Virus record (IMG/VR): IMGVR_UViG_3300025133_000067
Length of the DNA stretch: 20,000 nt
Strand: one strand, 5' to 3'
From: an uncultured virus (IMG/VR IMGVR_UViG_3300025133_000067)
Taxonomy: Duplodnaviria; Heunggongvirae; Uroviricota; Caudoviricetes
A model generated the notes under the pieces. That model had not been told where the DNA came from. It worked only from the letters and a program-made list of their open reading frames with translations, and made no database searches. Shown here in pieces: positions 16,066-20,000 of the stretch. The position numbers were made by a program, and so were the translations under genes. Every line of letters begins with the position of its first letter. Positions within the stretch are counted from its first letter, which is position 1.

Positions 16066-17364
16066 TTATTTTCCAAAACCTAACATGGTTCTTATTTGAT
16101 GGATTGGTGCAAAAATACCAGTGTACTTATATACCTTACCCTTAAATACAAATGTAATTCCTTCAGTTGGTACAATACTTTCTATTCCACCGGCTGCCGC
16201 AACTCTTTGTAATTCATGTTCTAATTTATTTATTTGTTCTTCATTTCCAACTTTTCTAATTCTAGCAATAGTATCATCAATTTCTTTTCGCATATTTTCT
16301 GTTGCGCTCGTTGGATTTGCACTTAAGAATGCGCTCATATTTTTCATCATCTCAGTTCCAACTTCAATAAATAGATTTTCAAGTGGTGAATAAACTAAAC
16401 GTTTCATGGCTTTTGCCTCTTTCTTTTCAAGGTCTAAATACCAAACTCCAGCATCTCCTAAGTCTTTTTTAATATTACTAACTTTATAAGATTTATTTAT
16501 TCCAGCAATTCTCTTTGCTAAATCAGGAAGATGTTTATCATCAATTGAAATACCATCAGCACTCATATAATCTTTAATTACTCTTATTCCCATTCCAACA
16601 GCATATTCTCCAACAGTACTTGATAATGAAGTATTAGTATCATTCATTATTTGTTTTAGTTGTTTATTATAATATCCTTTTCGCTTTGCTGTATTTGGAA
16701 AAGATTTAATTTCTAATTGTTGAGGTCCTCTAACATAAAATGTTTTTTGAGCTGCTAAATTAGCGTCTTCTATAATTTCACCAAGTTCAATAGCAGCTCC
16801 TTTATCTTCTCCTAAATCATTACCATCAGCATCATATTCTATAACACCATGAAAAACAAGCATATTCTGTCCATAAGGAACAGTATTTTGTGTAATTGGT
16901 GTCATTATCTCTAGTGAAAGCATTTTACTACCATTAGCAAAAAATCTAACCTTATCGGGCTCCGAAAGACCTCCTATAGAAGCTGTTAAATCAGACATAG
17001 CAGCATTATATGCAATTTCAATATCTCCTCTTCCCTTAAATAAATTCGCTACACCATCTAATGTTAATGCATTTTCACCAGCATTCTTTTTATGTCTCTT
17101 ATTTCTAGCAGCAATTAGTCTACCATCTTTCCAAGAAATTGAAATTTGTTGACCATCTGTTTTCTCCCATACGAAGTTTTCAGGACCAAACGCTCCTTCA
17201 ACGGTCGCATCTATCATATCTCTTAAATCTTGAAGAGTAAGATTGATGTCTTCGAATGGGTGTGATAAATGGCCGTATGCTCCACCTTCATTTAGTGTCA
17301 TAGAATTAGAAAACGGATTATAGTCTTCTTTTATAAATTGCTCTAATGTCTTAAGATACGCCAT
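16066..17364 (-). CDS. ATP-dependent ligase/capping-fold nucleotidyltransferase (RNA-ligase-like) with an internal-protein-like leader
   Basis: Motif I 'EKTDG', 'AARN', 'LEI', 'VFHG', motif IV 'EGITF' and motif V 'YKYTG'. N-terminus MAYLKTLEQFIKE...LNE|GGAYGHLSHPFE. Confidence 0.7.
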   Translation of the reverse strand: MAYLKTLEQFIKEDYNPFSNSMTLNEGGAYGHLSHPFEDINLTLQDLRDMIDATVEGAFGPENFVWEKTDGQQISISWKDGRLIAARNKRHKKNAGENALTLDGVANLFKGRGDIEIAYNAAMSDLTASIGGLSEPDKVRFFANGSKMLSLEIMTPITQNTVPYGQNMLVFHGVIEYDADGNDLGEDKGAAIELGEIIEDANLAAQKTFYVRGPQQLEIKSFPNTAKRKGYYNKQLKQIMNDTNTSLSSTVGEYAVGMGIRVIKDYMSADGISIDDKHLPDLAKRIAGINKSYKVSNIKKDLGDAGVWYLDLEKKEAKAMKRLVYSPLENLFIEVGTEMMKNMSAFLSANPTSATENMRKEIDDTIARIRKVGNEEQINKLEHELQRVAAAGGIESIVPTEGITFVFKGKVYKYTGIFAPIHQIRTMLGFGK

Positions 17365-17373
17365 TCTAAATTT

Positions 17374-17718
17374 CTAAATATTTGCAATTACATCTATTTC
17401 ATCTGCTTCATCGGCACATTGAATATACAAATCAAATCCCTTATTACTAAAACCAAAATCTGTTTTATCTAATGTTAGCGTTTTATACCCGGACATAACA
17501 AAGCGATTAAGAACATAATATATCTCTTCAGATATTACAGCACCAAACTCGCCAGAATTATCTGGTGTGTAATTTTCTTTGTGGTAAAAAAGACTTGCAG
17601 AACAGACTTCAGGTTTAAGGTTGGCAATTGTCATTGTAGGTCCATCACTAACATCTTCTATTGCTGAATAGATTTTAGTTTTTGTGGTACCTGTGATATT
17701 ATAGTTTAATGTTTTCAT
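17374..17718 (-). CDS. Hypothetical beta-rich protein (114 aa), possibly virion-associated
   Basis: Clean ATG ORF with GATAAATA upstream, adjacent to tail-type genes. Confidence 0.65.
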   Translation of the reverse strand: MKTLNYNITGTTKTKIYSAIEDVSDGPTMTIANLKPEVCSASLFYHKENYTPDNSGEFGAVISEEIYYVLNRFVMSGYKTLTLDKTDFGFSNKGFDLYIQCADEADEIDVIANI

Positions 17719-17772
17719 ATTATTATATTTATCTAGTTTTTATTGTAGGTTTTACAATTTATTTAAACGTTC

Positions 17773-18027
17773 TTATATACCTGATAGGTATTCTATTTCT
17801 TCGAACTCACTTTCTTCTATTCCAGTATTATCTCCAACCCAATCAGCATGATTTTCAAATGTATAAGTTGAAAGACTTGATGTATCGCTAAAAGTAAATA
17901 AGACATCATCCAATGTATCGCTTGTTATAACTATGTATTTACTTTTGTCTATGCTATATATTGCATACGATATATTGCCTTTGTTTAATGTTTCAAACAC
18001 TTCGGTTGTTGTAATATAGTATTTCAT
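17773..18027 (-). CDS. Small acidic hypothetical protein (84 aa)
   Basis: ATG overlaps the stop of the LamG gene. Confidence 0.65.
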   Translation of the reverse strand: MKYYITTTEVFETLNKGNISYAIYSIDKSKYIVITSDTLDDVLFTFSDTSSLSTYTFENHADWVGDNTGIEESEFEEIEYLSGI

Positions 18028-18968
18028 TATAATGTCTCAAAATTAGAGTTACCACTCAATACAAATGCAGGAGCTGAATTACCACTTGAATCATTACCAT
18101 CGTTTTCAAATTTATAATAACCTTGTAAATTTGATGCTGCACTATGATTTGTTGCATCAAGTCTTGTACCACTATTATAAAGTTCTGATATTTCAGTTGC
18201 TGATAATTGTTTGTCCCAAATAGTTAAATCATTAAACTGTGTTTCTGTACTATCACCAGATTTTGTATAACCCCAAGTATTACTACCTAATGCTATTTGT
18301 CTATCAACGTTAGTCATATTAGGAGTTCCTGATCCAGTTCCATTTGCTCCATAATGTCCATTACCTAACCAAGTTCCATTCCAATACACTTTTGCATAAC
18401 TAGATCCAGCTGAATTGGTTGTTGATTTAGCAACAGTAATCATTGTAAAGTCATCATCTCCAACGTTTCCTCTATTTGCAGCACTCCAATATGTACCACC
18501 TAATCCAGCTGCTGCATATGCTGCTGCATGGTTTCCAGAGTTAGAATGAAATAAATAAAAATTAGATTTCTTAGCATTTGATGCAGAACGATACTCGTAG
18601 TATAGTCTATTATTACCTTCATGATAAAACAATCTAATCTGATTAGCACTTGAATCTGTTGAACCAGCAGTAGTTGATGAAAACAAATGTATATTGGTAT
18701 TTAAGTTTGCTGACCAACCTGCCTTAACCCAAAATGATATTGTATAAGCATCACTATGTATAAAATTAAAATTGCCATCTGTATCCGCTATATACACTGT
18801 TTGTCCAGTTCCAGTAGTAATAGATTTTGCTACAGAATAATCATCTGCAAATGATGCCTCTGGAGCAGATCCAACCTGTCCAATTACATTTGTAAAGTTT
18901 GCTGGTAATATTCCATTTACTTTAGAAATATTAGCCCAAGGTATGTCTATAACTTTAACTATTCCCAT
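18027..18968 (-). CDS. LamG/concanavalin A-like lectin domain protein (probably virion/tail-associated)
   Basis: 'YTISFWVK', 'VYWNG', 'FNDLTIWDKQLSATEISELYNSG' and 'LQGYYKFEND.ND.SGN'. Confidence 0.85.
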   Translation of the reverse strand: MGIVKVIDIPWANISKVNGILPANFTNVIGQVGSAPEASFADDYSVAKSITTGTGQTVYIADTDGNFNFIHSDAYTISFWVKAGWSANLNTNIHLFSSTTAGSTDSSANQIRLFYHEGNNRLYYEYRSASNAKKSNFYLFHSNSGNHAAAYAAAGLGGTYWSAANRGNVGDDDFTMITVAKSTTNSAGSSYAKVYWNGTWLGNGHYGANGTGSGTPNMTNVDRQIALGSNTWGYTKSGDSTETQFNDLTIWDKQLSATEISELYNSGTRLDATNHSAASNLQGYYKFENDGNDSSGNSAPAFVLSGNSNFETL

Positions 18969-18969
18969 T

Positions 18970-19998
18970 TTATACCTCTATCCAAGTATTGTCTGGATTA
19001 AAATAACAGACATTATTTTGATCTTCTTCTCCATTAGCTGTTAATTGATACCCTAAAACTCTCACTACATTTCCTTCTCCGGTTGGTACGTCAGTTGATG
19101 CTTCACCTGATGTTGTACTTAAATAAATTGGTTGTCCTGGATCTGCTCCTGGAGATGCATTTAGCGTTACCATTCCTCTCAATAACAATCCTTTATTTGC
19201 ATCATCGCCAAGAGCAACAACTACCAATGATGTTGAAGTGCTAACAGCACCTGCGTTGGCTAGGCCCAGATTACCATTGCTTTGCATATAGTAAATTGAT
19301 CCGGTTGTTGTATCTATAGATGAAGTATGGTAGAATATATCTCCTTGGGCATATGCAGTACTTTGATTGTCTATATTATTGCTCCAGTCTAAATCTCTTA
19401 AACCTATTTTTGATAGAGGTGTTGTTACTGTTCCTGTGAATGTTGGTGAAGCTGTATTAGCTTTTGAAGTTACTGTAGTATTATTACTAACTTCAGTATC
19501 AAAGTCTGATATTGTGCTTGCTGTTTGTGTTCCAGTATGATTTCCTCTTGCTTTTAATGTTGCGTCAGTAGAGTTTACTGTTGCACCTGATGGAGCATGA
19601 CTTGATGCAGCATGTGTTGTATTTGCTGTAATAGCTGAAGCTTGGCCAGAAGTAATTCCTGTTTTAGCCGTATTTGCTGTAATAGCTGAAGCTTGGCCAG
19701 AAGTAATTCCTGTTTTAGCTGTATTTGCTGTAATAGCTGAAGCTTGGCCAGAAGTAATTCCTGTTTTAGCCGTATTTGCTGTAATAGCTGAAGCTTGGCC
19801 ACTTGTAATTCCTGTTTTAGCCGTATTTGCTGTAATAGCTGAAGCTTGACCACTTGTAATTCCTGTTTTAGCCGTATTTGCTGTAATAGCTGAAGCTTGA
19901 CCAGAACTTATAACTGTAGTATCTCCTGCAAGGGCAGTTGAGCTTGTAGTACCAAATCCAGGGAATGTAGTTTTAGCTGTATTTGCTGTTATAGCTGA
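18970..19998 (-). CDS. Tail-fibre-like protein, C-terminal part (start lies beyond the right edge)
   Basis: The frame of the 105-aa track ORF stays open to the window edge: SAITANTAKTTFPGFGTTSSTALAGDTT-(ITSGQASAITANTAKTG)n-...RGNHTGTQTASTISDF...KANTASPTFTGTVT...GQPIYLSTTSG...VVRVLGY...YFNPDNTWIEV. These motifs are common in phage fibre proteins. Confidence 0.8.
   Translation of the reverse strand, partial: SAITANTAKTTFPGFGTTSSTALAGDTTVISSGQASAITANTAKTGITSGQASAITANTAKTGITSGQASAITANTAKTGITSGQASAITANTAKTGITSGQASAITANTAKTGITSGQASAITANTTHAASSHAPSGATVNSTDATLKARGNHTGTQTASTISDFDTEVSNNTTVTSKANTASPTFTGTVTTPLSKIGLRDLDWSNNIDNQSTAYAQGDIFYHTSSIDTTTGSIYYMQSNGNLGLANAGAVSTSTSLVVVALGDDANKGLLLRGMVTLNASPGADPGQPIYLSTTSGEASTDVPTGEGNVVRVLGYQLTANGEEDQNNVCYFNPDNTWIEV
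19619..19911. repeat. 51-bp coding tandem repeat, 5 full copies plus 1 partial (17-aa unit ITSGQASAITANTAKTG)
   Basis: Units start at 19619, 19670, 19721, 19772, 19823 and 19874. A further partial copy lies at about 19970-20000. Confidence 0.95.
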
Positions 19999-20000
19999 AG

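Noticed and set aside
1017..17891. All plus-strand ORFs in the track (e.g. 1017-1355, 4086-4280, 5391-5576, 11119-11454, 11515-11727, 11776-12081, 12815-13102, 14372-14611, 14681-14917, 15513-15710, 16121-16393, 17709-17891)
   Set aside because: They lie antisense to well-supported minus-strand genes, have the Ser/Phe/Leu/Ile-rich composition of shadow frames and show no motifs.
19575..19853. 92-aa ORF with repeated KLQLLQQIRLKQEL
   Set aside because: Alternative-frame reading of the 51-bp tandem repeat. The fibre frame (18970-19998) is open throughout and has recognisable motifs.
19619..19911. Repeat array as a possible CRISPR array
   Set aside because: Units are contiguous with no unique spacers, the length is a multiple of 3 and variation is synonymous, so it is a coding repeat.
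1..20000. tRNA, rRNA or structured ncRNA genes, and mobile elements
   Set aside because: Intergenic gaps are under about 90 bp and AT-rich. No cloverleaf, transposase or integrase signatures were seen.

Overview
AT-rich segment of a large T4-like (myovirus/jumbo-type) bacteriophage genome. All real genes lie on the minus strand, tightly packed, in the standard code. In transcription order (right to left) there are four blocks. (i) Tail-fibre-like and LamG lectin genes. (ii) About 10 kb of probable head-packaged proteins with T4 internal-protein-like leaders (KTFEQFILE-type). These include two ligase-fold proteins, a HIGH-motif nucleotidyltransferase, a Pol-beta-type nucleotidyltransferase, a PD-(D/E)xK-like protein and two long proteins made of short modules separated by E-[GS]-K-L-[NT]-E linkers (putative protease-cleaved polyproteins). 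(iii) A candidate DNA-hypermodification cluster: MazG-like DUF6378 protein, SGNH-like protein, myo-inositol-1-phosphate synthase, HAD phosphatase, FkbM-type methyltransferase and an aGPT-Pplase1/HMUDK-helical-like protein. (iv) Replication genes: probable sliding clamp, the C-terminal half of a split family B DNA polymerase and a UvsX/RecA-like recombinase. Blocks iii and iv share an AAAC-N17-TATAAT promoter motif seen four times. The two best leads are a possible inositol-based DNA modification pathway and modular, capsid-delivered polyproteins. All family calls come from motif recognition by eye; no searches were run.
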